DNA from: Oceanispirochaeta sp.
Lineage (GTDB): Bacteria > Spirochaetota > Spirochaetia > DSM-2461
Length of the DNA: 64,000 nucleotides
Assembly: GCA_963666275.2 (NCBI GenBank)
Contig: CAXXOA010000002.1
Span: 1,984,001 to 2,048,000 of the forward strand
Direction of reading: 5' to 3'
This document shows, piece after piece, positions 1 through 8,878 of the stretch (its first letter is position 1; every line of letters begins with the position of its first letter). The notes under the pieces were generated by a model. That model saw only the letters and a program-made list of their open reading frames with translations. It was not told the DNA's origin and made no database searches. Made by a program: the position numbers and the translations under genes.

Positions 1-1229
1 TTTTCACTGTCCAGTGCATCAAGGAGCTGTAGGGTCTCCACAGCTCCCAGGATTCCTTTCCGTCCCGGAGGAGATATGAAATCGAAGCTCTGGAAGTCCC
101 GAATCTCCAGTTCAGCCATACGGAGAACCACTTCGGCCAGGTCTGTCCGATAGATCTCCTCTTTGGTGAAGAGGGGACGGGCTGTAAAGGAATCTTTCGG
201 ATAGAGTCTGTAGCAGGTTCCCGGCTGGGTTCTTCCGGCCCGGCCCCGCCTCTGGTTGGCCGAAGCCTGGGAAATTTCAGTTTCTATCAGAGAAGAGGTA
301 TAGCTTTTGGGATTGTAGAAGTTCAGTTTGGCCAGCCCCGAGTCGATGACAGTGGTTATGCCGTCGATGGTGACCGATGTTTCCGCAATATTGGTGGAAA
401 CCACCACCTTGGTCTTTCCGAAGGGGGTTTTGATAAAGATCCGTTCCTGTTCTTCCTTGCTCAGCCTTCCGTAAAGGGGAAGGATATAGAGCTTCTTTTT
501 CACCGGAGAGAGATTCAGTGCGGCGATGGTGTCTTTGATGATTTTCTCGCCCGAAAGGAAAATCAGTACATCCCCTTTGCGTCTTTCGGTTATGACCCGT
601 TCCACTATCTGTGTGATCTTCTCGACCAGCCTGTCCGGCTCGGCCATGACAGAAGGAGGATCGTAGATCATAGTTACAGGGTAGACCGGGGTATCAATGG
701 AAACGATGGGCGCTTTGTCGAAGTATTCGGAAAAGACAGCCGCATTGATCGTTGCGGAAGAGATAATCACTTTAAAGTCTGATCTTTCCGCCAGGATCCC
801 TTTCAGAAGGCCCAGGATAAAATCGATATTCAGACTCCGTTCATGGGCTTCATCCACCATGATCACCTGATACTGCAGCAGCATCGGGTCTGTTTTCAGT
901 TCCTGCAGGAGGGTTCCGTCTGTCATGATCTTCAGATGGGTTTCAGGGAGTGTCATATCCTCAAACCGCATCTTGTAACCTACCATCCCGGGTATCTTTG
1001 AGCCGATCTGTTTGGCAATGTAGTCGCAGACAGACAGGGTGGCAATCCTCCGGGGCTGGGTGACCCCGACCATCCCCCGGGCGGTATAGCCCGCCTCATG
1101 GAGTATCAGGGGGATCTGGGTTGTTTTTCCCGATCCCGTGGGACTTTCGACAATAATGACCTGGTTCTCTTCCAGGCTCTTCAGTATTCGGTCTTTCTCT
1201 TTGTAGACCGGTAGGTTACGTGGATTCAA
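1..1229 (-). CDS. hrpA: HrpA-like DEAH-box ATP-dependent RNA helicase, 3' end runs off the window
   Basis: Not in the ORF track. Manual translation from TTG at 1229 gives MNPRNLPVYKEKDRILKSLEENQVIIVESPTGSGKTTQIP, then TQPRRIA, MTDGTLL, MVDEAHER, SSAT, STNIAETSVTIDG and QRRGRAGR (DEAH helicase motifs I-VI). Confidence 0.93.
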   Translation of the reverse strand, partial: MNPRNLPVYKEKDRILKSLEENQVIIVESPTGSGKTTQIPLILHEAGYTARGMVGVTQPRRIATLSVCDYIAKQIGSKIPGMVGYKMRFEDMTLPETHLKIMTDGTLLQELKTDPMLLQYQVIMVDEAHERSLNIDFILGLLKGILAERSDFKVIISSATINAAVFSEYFDKAPIVSIDTPVYPVTMIYDPPSVMAEPDRLVEKITQIVERVITERRKGDVLIFLSGEKIIKDTIAALNLSPVKKKLYILPLYGRLSKEEQERIFIKTPFGKTKVVVSTNIAETSVTIDGITTVIDSGLAKLNFYNPKSYTSSLIETEISQASANQRRGRAGRTQPGTCYRLYPKDSFTARPLFTKEEIYRTDLAEVVLRMAELEIRDFQSFDFISPPGRKGILGAVETLQLLDALDSE

Positions 1230-2534
1230 TTACAGTAGTTCTCCTGCCTTTTTCAAGGCGTCCTCAAGGGATAAACCTTCATAGTTTTCCCTTTGTGTCA
1301 TATCCTTCAGATTGACAGTATTGGCTGCTTTTTCATTGCTGCCGCAGATTACTGCCAGAGGGATGCTTTTGGCTTCGGCGAATTTGAATTGAGGGCCGAA
1401 TTTTCTGGTTTCGTGATAAACTTCGCAGCAGAACCCGGCTTTGCGGAAGCTGTCCGCCAGGCTGTGGTAGTGTCCGATCAGATTTTCGTCCAGGTTCATG
1501 ATCATAACCTGGGTTTTGCTGGAACGGGCGGCGGTCCGGCCCAGTTCTTCCAGTCCCGCCATCAGCCTGTCCAGTCCGATGGAAGAACCCACTCCGGGAA
1601 GGGACTCTTTTGTGTAGAGTTCCGCCAGGTTGTTGTATCTTCCTCCCGAACAGACCGAACCGATTTCCGGAAGGTCATTCAGAAAGGTTTCATACACAAT
1701 CCCCGTGTAGTAGTCCAGTCCTCTTGTTATGGAGGGGTTCAGGACAAAACCGTCCTGGAGTCCCAGTTCTTCAATATAGCCGTAAATGGTCCGGAGCCGC
1801 TCAGTATCCTCTCCGGGGCCGCCGGCCAGTTTTTCCAGTTTTTCCAGGGTCGGGAGGAATCCTTCCTCTTTCTGGATAAAATCCAGGATTTTTTCCGCTT
1901 TTTCCTGATCAGAGAGCTCGGTAAGCTGACGGATCACCTCTTCCCGGCCGATTTTGGCCAGTTTATCGACGGTTCTGAGGATTTCCACATTCTGTTCACT
2001 GATCCCCATATGATCCAGAAACCGGTTGAAAATCCCTCTGTGACTCAGGTGGATCGTGCAGCCCGGAACATCCAGTGCCGTCAGAGAGCTGCGCATCATC
2101 ATGAGGATTTCAAAGTCTGCCGAAGCGCAGTCAGTTCCCACAATATCAAAATCGCACTGGGTAAACTCCCGGTACCGGCCTCTCTGGGTATTCTCTCCCC
2201 GCCAGACTTTGTTGATATGGTAACGCTTGAAGGGCAGATAGAGATCCTGTCTGTTCTTGGCCATAAACCGGGCAAATGGGATGGTCAGATCAAAACGCAG
2301 GGATACATCCCGTTTGCCGTTGTCTTCAAAGCGGTACATCTGCTTGTCTGTCTCGCCGCTCCCTTTTCCAAGAAGCACTTCCGAGTACTCCAGGGCGGGG
2401 GTATCAATGGGAACAAATCCATAGCTTTCAAAATTGTCTTCCAGCAGACGGATCACTCTTTTTCTCTCTATTTCTACAGCCGGGAGAAAGTCCCGGAATC
2501 CTTTTAAAACTTTTGGTTCTATAATCTTGCTCAT
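1230..2534 (-). CDS. hisS: Histidine--tRNA ligase
   Basis: KGFRDFLP, LRFDLT, RGRYREFTQCDFD, RGLDYYTG and GGRY motifs, plus a C-terminal anticodon-binding domain. Confidence 0.97.
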   Translation of the reverse strand: MSKIIEPKVLKGFRDFLPAVEIERKRVIRLLEDNFESYGFVPIDTPALEYSEVLLGKGSGETDKQMYRFEDNGKRDVSLRFDLTIPFARFMAKNRQDLYLPFKRYHINKVWRGENTQRGRYREFTQCDFDIVGTDCASADFEILMMMRSSLTALDVPGCTIHLSHRGIFNRFLDHMGISEQNVEILRTVDKLAKIGREEVIRQLTELSDQEKAEKILDFIQKEEGFLPTLEKLEKLAGGPGEDTERLRTIYGYIEELGLQDGFVLNPSITRGLDYYTGIVYETFLNDLPEIGSVCSGGRYNNLAELYTKESLPGVGSSIGLDRLMAGLEELGRTAARSSKTQVMIMNLDENLIGHYHSLADSFRKAGFCCEVYHETRKFGPQFKFAEAKSIPLAVICGSNEKAANTVNLKDMTQRENYEGLSLEDALKKAGELL

Positions 2535-2704
2535 ACTCCGTATTCTGACGGTTCACACGTATAAAATCAAGTAGAGGCTTCTGGTCCGGGGCTTCTGTCC
2601 TTCCGGGGAGGAGGCATCGGTATAAACTCCCCGAAAAGGCTGAAAATTGGACCAGGTGGGTGTATAATAAGAGGATAAGCACCAACATTTCAGGAGGTGA
2701 CTTT

Positions 2705-3592
2705 ATGAAAAAACTGTTTCTCTTTTCAGTTTCCATTCTTATCTTTTTGCTTTCCTGTTCCATGGGCAGCGACACAGGCTCTCTGACTCTGAACCTAACG
2801 GATGCTCCGGTCCGGCAGGATGGCCTGGAAAGCGTCTTTATTACCTTTACACAGATCGATGCCAACCTGCCCGGATCCGGCGGTTGGCAGACTCTGGCGT
2901 CTTTTGAAGATGAAAACGACGGCCACGGAAGGACTGTGGATCTTATGACTTTGACAGAGGGGAAGACTATTCCTCTGGCAGAAGACGTGGAACTCCCTTC
3001 AGGGCGAGTTAATCAGATCCGGTTTGCTCTCAATGCTCCCGAGGAGGGGGGAGACGGATCAAATCCCGGCTGTTACCTTCTTTACAGCGACGGGACAAAA
3101 GTGCCTCTGTACATTCCCAGCGGTACCAGCACCGGTTTTAAAGCTGTCAATTCCTTTACAGTACCCGTGAACGGTGATGTGACTGTCACGGCGGATTTTG
3201 ACGCCCGGAAATCCCTGGTGGACAGCGGAGATGTTGTCAAACTGAGGCCTACTATCCGTTTGATTGTGGATGATGAAGCGGGTAGGATCAACGGGACAGT
3301 GACCACAGACGGAACCTATGGGAATTACACTGTATTTGCCTATGAAGAGGGGGATTACGATGCTTCGGAAGTCTCTCCCGATGCCGATGGTATTCGCTTT
3401 GCCGGTTCTGTTGCCAGTTCCCTTGTGAATGATGAGGGTTCCTATGTCCTTGCCTTTCTGGCTGAGGGCAGCTATGACCTGATTGTGGCGGGAAATGATG
3501 ATGGATCAGATCCGGTGTATGTGGATGCCGTGTATTCTGTTGCGGTTGAGTCGGGTAAAGGCACTCATCAGGACATAGATACGACAGATTGA
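2705..3592 (+). CDS. DUF4382-domain lipoprotein
   Basis: ATG at 2705 follows GGAGGTGA. Lipobox LLSC, then LTDAP, DLMTL and DFDARKS...LRP, which are typical of DUF4382. Confidence 0.75.
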   Translation: MKKLFLFSVSILIFLLSCSMGSDTGSLTLNLTDAPVRQDGLESVFITFTQIDANLPGSGGWQTLASFEDENDGHGRTVDLMTLTEGKTIPLAEDVELPSGRVNQIRFALNAPEEGGDGSNPGCYLLYSDGTKVPLYIPSGTSTGFKAVNSFTVPVNGDVTVTADFDARKSLVDSGDVVKLRPTIRLIVDDEAGRINGTVTTDGTYGNYTVFAYEEGDYDASEVSPDADGIRFAGSVASSLVNDEGSYVLAFLAEGSYDLIVAGNDDGSDPVYVDAVYSVAVESGKGTHQDIDTTD

Positions 3593-3596
3593 TAAT

Positions 3597-3626
3597 AAAA
3601 AAGGGGCGCTTTGGGCGTCCCTTTTC
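3597..3626. terminator. Bidirectional intrinsic terminator
   Basis: AAAAAAGGGGCGC-TTTGG-GCGTCCCTTTT lies between convergent genes. Confidence 0.75.
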
Positions 3627-3641
3627 AATTTGATAACCAGT

Positions 3642-4025
3642 CTATTCCAGCTTCCCTTTCCAGCCGGATATTCCTCCGAAATCCCTCAGGTTGGTAAATC
3701 CCGCCTTTTCAAGGGTTTTGTAGGCCGTGGAGGATCTGTTGCCGCTCCGGCAGTAGACAATAATCAGGGCATCTTTTTCTACATTTTCCATGCCCGAGGG
3801 GAGCCTGTCGTAGGGGATCAGCTGAGCCGTGGGAATATGCCCGGACTGAAACTCTCCGCTGGTTCTTACATCCAGCAGGATATAATCTTCACCGCTCTCC
3901 ATCAGCTCAGAGAGTTCATCGTAACTTATCCGGGAAGAGGCGCTTAAGGGAAGAATCCCCGAAACAAACAGTACAACAACAAGCGCCACCGCATAAGGTA
4001 AGAATTTTTTAAGATTCTGATTCAT
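3642..4025 (-). CDS. Membrane-anchored single-domain rhodanese (sulfurtransferase)
   Basis: N-terminal hydrophobic segment, LDVRT..EF.SGHIP and active-site loop YCRSGNRS. Confidence 0.9.
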   Translation of the reverse strand: MNQNLKKFLPYAVALVVVLFVSGILPLSASSRISYDELSELMESGEDYILLDVRTSGEFQSGHIPTAQLIPYDRLPSGMENVEKDALIIVYCRSGNRSSTAYKTLEKAGFTNLRDFGGISGWKGKLE

Positions 4026-4127
4026 ATATAATCTCCTTGTAAACCAAAAGGGTCTTTTGCTGAAAAAAAACTATATTAAAAAGATAATATATAAAAGTCA
4101 GGATATCAAGAGATTTCAAAAGGCCAT

Positions 4128-4172
4128 AAAAAGGGCCTGCAGGGGACGCAGTTCTGCGTCCCTTACAGGCCC
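4128..4172 (-). terminator. Terminator downstream of ygeW
   Basis: Long stem GGGCCTGCAGGGGACGCAG/CTGCGTCCCTTACAGGCCC with an A-run on + (U-tail on -). Confidence 0.7.
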
Positions 4173-4231
4173 GTGAATCAATTTAAATAACAGATTGTAT
4201 AAACGAATACAATCATTATGAAACTGACCTA

Positions 4232-5428
4232 TCAGAAAATCCGGGATTTATCCTGTTTCAGAAGGTTCATCAGTGTTTCAGAGGGGTTCCGGAACTTGCT
4301 GAGATAGATCATGGCTGCGATGATGTAGGGTTTGTAGCTGGCTTCCTTGTAGAGGGGAACCCGGTAGCGGTCGAACACGCTGGCTGCCACTTCACCCTGC
4401 TTGCAGCTGACTCCTGTAATATCCGCCGGGAGGCAGTGCATATAGAGGGCCTCGCCGTTTTTGGTTGTTTTCATAAGGTCTTCTGTACATTCCCAGTCTT
4501 TGTGGTTGCCGTTCTGTTTCAGAAGCTCCTGTTCCAGAGATTTGATTCCGTCGAAATCTCCCTCTCCGTAGAGGTTGGTTCTTTTTTCCATGGCACTGAA
4601 GGGCGCCCAGCTCTTGGGATAAACAATGTCAGCGTCTTTGAAGGCTTCCGCCATGGAGTTTGTTTTAACAAAGGTTCCTCCGCTGGCTTCTGCGTTTCTT
4701 CTGGCGATCTCTTCCACTTCGGGCATTACTTCGTAACCTTCGGGATGGGCCAGTGATACTTCCATGCCGAACCGGCTCATGAGGCCGATGATACCCTGGG
4801 GAACAGACAGGGGTTTTCCGTAGGAGGGGGAGTAGGCCCAGGTCATGGCGATTTTCTTTCCTCTCAGGTTCTCTACACCGCCGAAATGGTTGATCAGATG
4901 AAGAGCATCAGCCATGGACTGGGTGGGATGGTCAATGTCGCACTGCAGGTTAACCAGGGTGGGGCGCTGTTCCAGTACTCCGTCCCTGTAGCCTTCCTCT
5001 ACGGATTTTGCCACTTCCTGCATGTAGGTATGGCCTTTTCCGATATACATATCGTCACGGATACCGATAACATCAGCCATAAAACTGACCATGTTGGCGG
5101 TTTCCCGTACGGTTTCACCATGGGCTATCTGGCTCTTGCCTTCGTCCAGGTCCTGAACTTCCAGTCCCAGAAGGTTACAGGCGCTGGCGTAGCTGAAACG
5201 GGTTCTGGTGGAATTGTCCCTGAAAAGGGATATTCCCAGTCCGCTGTCAAAAACTTTTGAGGAGATATTGCTTTCGCGCATGCCCCTCAGTATTTCCGCT
5301 ACTTCGTAGACAGCGGCAATTTCATCATCAGATTTATCCCAGGTCAGGAAAAAATCATTGAGGAACATCTTTTCTGTCCTCAGACAGGCCAGATCCTTAA
5401 TTCTCTCTTCAATTCCAATTCTATCCAT
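4232..5428 (-). CDS. ygeW: Knotted carbamoyltransferase YgeW
   Basis: FRDNSTRTR, HPTQ, WAYSPSYGKPLSVPQG and HCLPADI motifs; 398 aa. Confidence 0.95.
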   Translation of the reverse strand: MDRIGIEERIKDLACLRTEKMFLNDFFLTWDKSDDEIAAVYEVAEILRGMRESNISSKVFDSGLGISLFRDNSTRTRFSYASACNLLGLEVQDLDEGKSQIAHGETVRETANMVSFMADVIGIRDDMYIGKGHTYMQEVAKSVEEGYRDGVLEQRPTLVNLQCDIDHPTQSMADALHLINHFGGVENLRGKKIAMTWAYSPSYGKPLSVPQGIIGLMSRFGMEVSLAHPEGYEVMPEVEEIARRNAEASGGTFVKTNSMAEAFKDADIVYPKSWAPFSAMEKRTNLYGEGDFDGIKSLEQELLKQNGNHKDWECTEDLMKTTKNGEALYMHCLPADITGVSCKQGEVAASVFDRYRVPLYKEASYKPYIIAAMIYLSKFRNPSETLMNLLKQDKSRIF

Positions 5429-5545
5429 AATGGTTGCTCCTTGTAAAACTTTCTTATCAGGGTCTTGTTACGACCGTTCCGGGAGAAGCCCCTTCGGGTC
5501 CGCCCGTTTTAATTCTATTATATTTCCAGAAAAAAATAGCCTTAT

Positions 5546-5678
5546 AATGCTACGCATCTCCCGAATTTATCAGGTGTCTGAATAAGATTCGGGGCCCAAT
5601 GCTACGCATCTCCCGAATTTATCAGGCGTCTGACTAAGATTCGGGGCCCAATGCTACGCATCTCCCGATTTTATCAGG
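5546..5678. repeat. Tandem array of a 52-bp palindromic (REP-like) unit, about 2.6 copies, the last copy overlapping the carbamate kinase 3' end
   Basis: AATGCTACGCATCTCCCGAATTTATCAGG(C/T)GTCTGA(A/C)TAAGATTCGGGGCCC starts at 5546, 5598 and 5650. Confidence 0.95.
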
Positions 5679-6625
5679 ATATGGGTGCCGCTTCCGTTGA
5701 CTACGGCGTCTCTGATGTTGTCGGGGCTGGTTATAATGACCTCTTTTCCGCTGTTCTTCAGAAAATTCACCGCCGCCTCAATCTTGGGCGCCATACTTCC
5801 CGGAGCGAAATGACCCTCTTCCAGGTATTGCTCCGCTTCGGCCATGGAAATCCGGTTCAGCTCTTTCTGATCGGGTTTTCCGAAGTTCAGGCAGACACTT
5901 TTCACTCCTGTGGAAATGATAAAAACATCTGCATTCAGCTGTCCCGCCATAAGACTGGAAGCCCTGTCCTTGTCGATCACCGCATCGATACCGTTGAGAG
6001 TTCCATCCTCCTCTTCGATGACGGGAATTCCCCCGCCTCCTGCGGAAATAACACAGAACCGGGCTTGGAGAAGGGCTTTGACAGCATCCAGTTCAATGAT
6101 CTCCTGGGGCATCGGTGAGGCTACCATCCGGCGGTATCCCCGGCCCGAATCCTCGGTCATGTTCCACTCGGGGTGAGCTTCCTGAAGGAGCCTAGATTCA
6201 GCTTCGCTGTAGAACTGACCAATCGGTTTGGCCGGTTTTGAAAAGGCTTTATCCTGACGGTCCACCCGGATCTGGGTGACAACAGTCGCCGCTGTCATGG
6301 GAATTCCCCTTTTGCGGAATTCGTTGTCCAGGGCCTGCTGGATCTGGTAACCGATGGCACCCTGGGTATCGGCATCGCAGCTGACCAGAGGGACCGGATG
6401 CATATGAGCGACCTCTTCGGCAATTTCAGACCGTCTGAGGATAAACCCCACCTGAGGTCCGTTTCCATGGGTTACAACAACCTGCCATCCTGATTCAACA
6501 AGATCGGCAATATGCCTGGCGGTTTCACATACGGCCTGATACTGATCTTCCACACGCATGTGCTCGTTGTCTGATATGAGGGAGTTTCCCCCAACGGCAA
6601 TTACAGCTAGATTATCTCTATCCAT
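5654..6625 (-). CDS. arcC: Carbamate kinase (YqeA/ArcC family)
   Basis: AVGGNSL, THGNGPQVG, KPIG, GGGGIPV, AVIDKD and GSMAPK motifs. Confidence 0.95.
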   Translation of the reverse strand: MDRDNLAVIAVGGNSLISDNEHMRVEDQYQAVCETARHIADLVESGWQVVVTHGNGPQVGFILRRSEIAEEVAHMHPVPLVSCDADTQGAIGYQIQQALDNEFRKRGIPMTAATVVTQIRVDRQDKAFSKPAKPIGQFYSEAESRLLQEAHPEWNMTEDSGRGYRRMVASPMPQEIIELDAVKALLQARFCVISAGGGGIPVIEEEDGTLNGIDAVIDKDRASSLMAGQLNADVFIISTGVKSVCLNFGKPDQKELNRISMAEAEQYLEEGHFAPGSMAPKIEAAVNFLKNSGKEVIITSPDNIRDAVVNGSGTHILIKSGDA

Positions 6626-6776
6626 TTGTACCTCTTAATTAATAGATTATAGGTTTAATTCAAATTAATTTGCAAGCTTTATTAAAAAATTGTAAGAAAA
6701 CTCCCTGATTTTTTGGCAGAATGAAAAAAGTCTGATATACTCAATTGAGAATATGTTAAGAACAAGGAGATCGATT

Positions 6777-7406
6777 GTGGAAATTCCCAGTCATCTGGAA
6801 ACCTATATACCCTTAATTCAAGTCGTCGGAAAAACTCTGGGAGTCGGGGAAGTTCTCCTTTATGACTGGACTCAGGACCCCCCTGTCATCATTGCCAAAG
6901 AGGGCGGGATCACAGGGAGAAAACCGGGTACCCCTGCGACACAGCTGATGAGGGAAATGGTGGCGGAAATGCAGGAAGCCGGTGAAAACATGCGCATCAA
7001 CTATGAGTCGGCCACCAAATCGGGAAAGCCCCTGAAATCTTCAACCGTACTTATCTTCAATGAAACCGGTGAACTCCAGGGGGCTCTCAGCATCAACGTG
7101 GATATGAGCGCCATCAATATGCTGCAGCACTTTGTGGATCAGTTTTCGGGAATCGAGAGGGTGGAAGACTACGACGAAATGCCCCAGAACACCCAGGAAT
7201 TCCTGAATGTGATGATCCGGAAAAGCATTGAGTCAGTGGGAAAACCAGTGTGCTATTTTGATAAGAAAGACAATCTGGAAGTCGTCCAGTTTTTGAATCA
7301 GAACAATATTTTTTCCATTAAGGGGTCTACAGATACCCTGGCGGGGGAGCTGAATGTCTCCCGCTATACGATTTACAATTATATAGAAGAGGTGAAAAAC
7401 AGCTGA
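6777..7406 (+). CDS. YheO/DauR-like PAS + HTH transcriptional regulator
   Basis: GTG start follows AAGGAG (the ORF track starts at 6753). ITGRKPG, KSGKPLKSST and C-terminal FSIKGS...LNVSRYTIYNY motifs. Confidence 0.88.
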   Translation: MEIPSHLETYIPLIQVVGKTLGVGEVLLYDWTQDPPVIIAKEGGITGRKPGTPATQLMREMVAEMQEAGENMRINYESATKSGKPLKSSTVLIFNETGELQGALSINVDMSAINMLQHFVDQFSGIERVEDYDEMPQNTQEFLNVMIRKSIESVGKPVCYFDKKDNLEVVQFLNQNNIFSIKGSTDTLAGELNVSRYTIYNYIEEVKNS

Positions 7407-7411
7407 TAAAG

Positions 7412-7445
7412 AACCGGCTTCAGAATTGTATATCTGAAGCCGGGG
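7412..7445 (+). terminator. Hairpin/terminator after the YheO-like gene
   Basis: CCGGCTTCAGA-ATTGTATA-TCTGAAGCCGG perfect 11-bp stem. Confidence 0.65.
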
Positions 7446-7484
7446 TTCTGTATTCAGTTAATTCATACTAGACCCTGAAGCTAT

Positions 7485-7784
7485 CGCGTCACCCTTTTTG
7501 CCGGACTAAGAATGGGGGCCCGATGCTTTGCATCCCCCATTTTATCCTTTAACCGACCCTTTATGCGGCTATCGGTACTTTGTTCCAAAGTCCCTGTCGC
7601 CTGTCAGTAAAAGGGTCCCAGACGCTGCGCGTCACCCTTTTTGCCGGACTAAGAATGGGGGCCCGATGCTTTGCATCCCCCATTTTATCCTTTAACCGAC
7701 CCTTTATGCGGCTATCGGTACTTTGTTCCAAAGTCCCTGTCGCCTGTCAGTAAAAGGGTCCCAGACGCTGCGCGTCACCCTTTT
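7485..7784. repeat. Tandem array of a 143-bp multi-hairpin unit (2 apparently identical copies plus a 14-bp partial copy overlapping the permease stop codon)
   Basis: CGCGTCACCCTTTT starts at 7485, 7628 and 7771. The unit contains three hairpins, one homologous to the 52-bp unit. Confidence 0.95.
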
Positions 7785-8878
7785 ACCGACCCTGCCATCA
7801 GGCCTCTTACGAAGAATCTCTGGAGGCCGAAGAATACGGCCAGGGGGAGGATCATGCTTAGGAAGGCACCCGAGGTCAGAAGGTGCCAGTCCTGTCCTTT
7901 TTCTCCCACCATAGCGGCCAGAGCGCTTGTGACTACCCTGTTTTTGTCTCCCAGGAATACCAGGGCTACCAGGTAGTCATTCCATACCCAGAGGAACTGG
8001 AATATGGCGAAGCTTGCCAGTGCGGGAATGGAGAGGGGGAGGACCAGTCTGACAAAGGTCATGAATGGGGTCGCTCCGTCCAGATAGGCCGATTCAAAGA
8101 TATCCCGTGGCAGTGTGCTTATATAGTTATAGAGCAGATATACCGCCAGAGGGAGTCCGAATCCCGTATGAGCCAGCCACATACAGAGGAATGTTCCTGT
8201 AATCCCCCAGTTTGTAAAATCCCGGAGTATAGGTATAAGAGCAATCTGCAGGGGGACGACAAGAAGAGCCACCACCATAATAAAGAGGGGTTTTCTTCCG
8301 GGAAACTCCATCCAGGCAAAAGCATAGGCTGCAAAAGCCGCAATCAGTATGGGGATAATGGTCGCAGGTATACTGACGGCGATGGAGTTCAGCACCGCAT
8401 CGGAAAAATTGTTGCCCTGACGGGATATGGTATTCCCCTGGGCATCCGTATACTCCACAGTTCCGGCGGACAGGACGTCCCTGTAGTTCTGCAGGGTCAT
8501 ATTGGCGCCGAAGCCGATCCATTTCTCTTCAAATACTTCAATTTTACGTGACCTTTTGTTTCCGTACCACTGAAGCCTTCTTGTCTCGCTAATTTCAATT
8601 CCCTGACGCCACTCTTCAAACGTTGCCGTATAGTCTTCAATTTCGATCTGTCCGTTGGGATCTGTTTCCTGGGGAATTTCAAATTCACCGGTTTTGACCC
8701 AGTCTTTATGGGGAAGGATTGTCCACCATCCCGACCCGTAAATATCCCTGGAGTCCCTGAAGGATGTGACAAATACACCGAAGGTCGGTATGGTCCATAC
8801 AAGAACTATGAAAAGAAGGACCAGAGCAACTGCTACACCAGCAGGATTGAATTTCTTAGTTTTTACCGCCTTTTTCAT
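7775..8878 (-). CDS. Carbohydrate ABC transporter permease (AglG/MalG-like)
   Basis: EAA loop IFESAYLDGA, FLWVWND and C-terminal RGLMAGSVKG. Confidence 0.92.
   Translation of the reverse strand: MKKAVKTKKFNPAGVAVALVLLFIVLVWTIPTFGVFVTSFRDSRDIYGSGWWTILPHKDWVKTGEFEIPQETDPNGQIEIEDYTATFEEWRQGIEISETRRLQWYGNKRSRKIEVFEEKWIGFGANMTLQNYRDVLSAGTVEYTDAQGNTISRQGNNFSDAVLNSIAVSIPATIIPILIAAFAAYAFAWMEFPGRKPLFIMVVALLVVPLQIALIPILRDFTNWGITGTFLCMWLAHTGFGLPLAVYLLYNYISTLPRDIFESAYLDGATPFMTFVRLVLPLSIPALASFAIFQFLWVWNDYLVALVFLGDKNRVVTSALAAMVGEKGQDWHLLTSGAFLSMILPLAVFFGLQRFFVRGLMAGSVKG

Noticed and set aside
5462..5475. GTCGTAACAAG match to the 16S rRNA 1492 region
   Set aside because: The match is only about 11 nt and the flanks are not rRNA-like.
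7485..7784. CRISPR array or integron attC cassette array
   Set aside because: The units are identical, with no variable spacer or cassette ORF, no RYYYAAC/GTTRRRY ends and no integrase.
7671..7976. Short ORFs through the 143-bp repeat
   Set aside because: They are translations of repeat DNA and of the permease antisense strand, with no RBS or homology cue.
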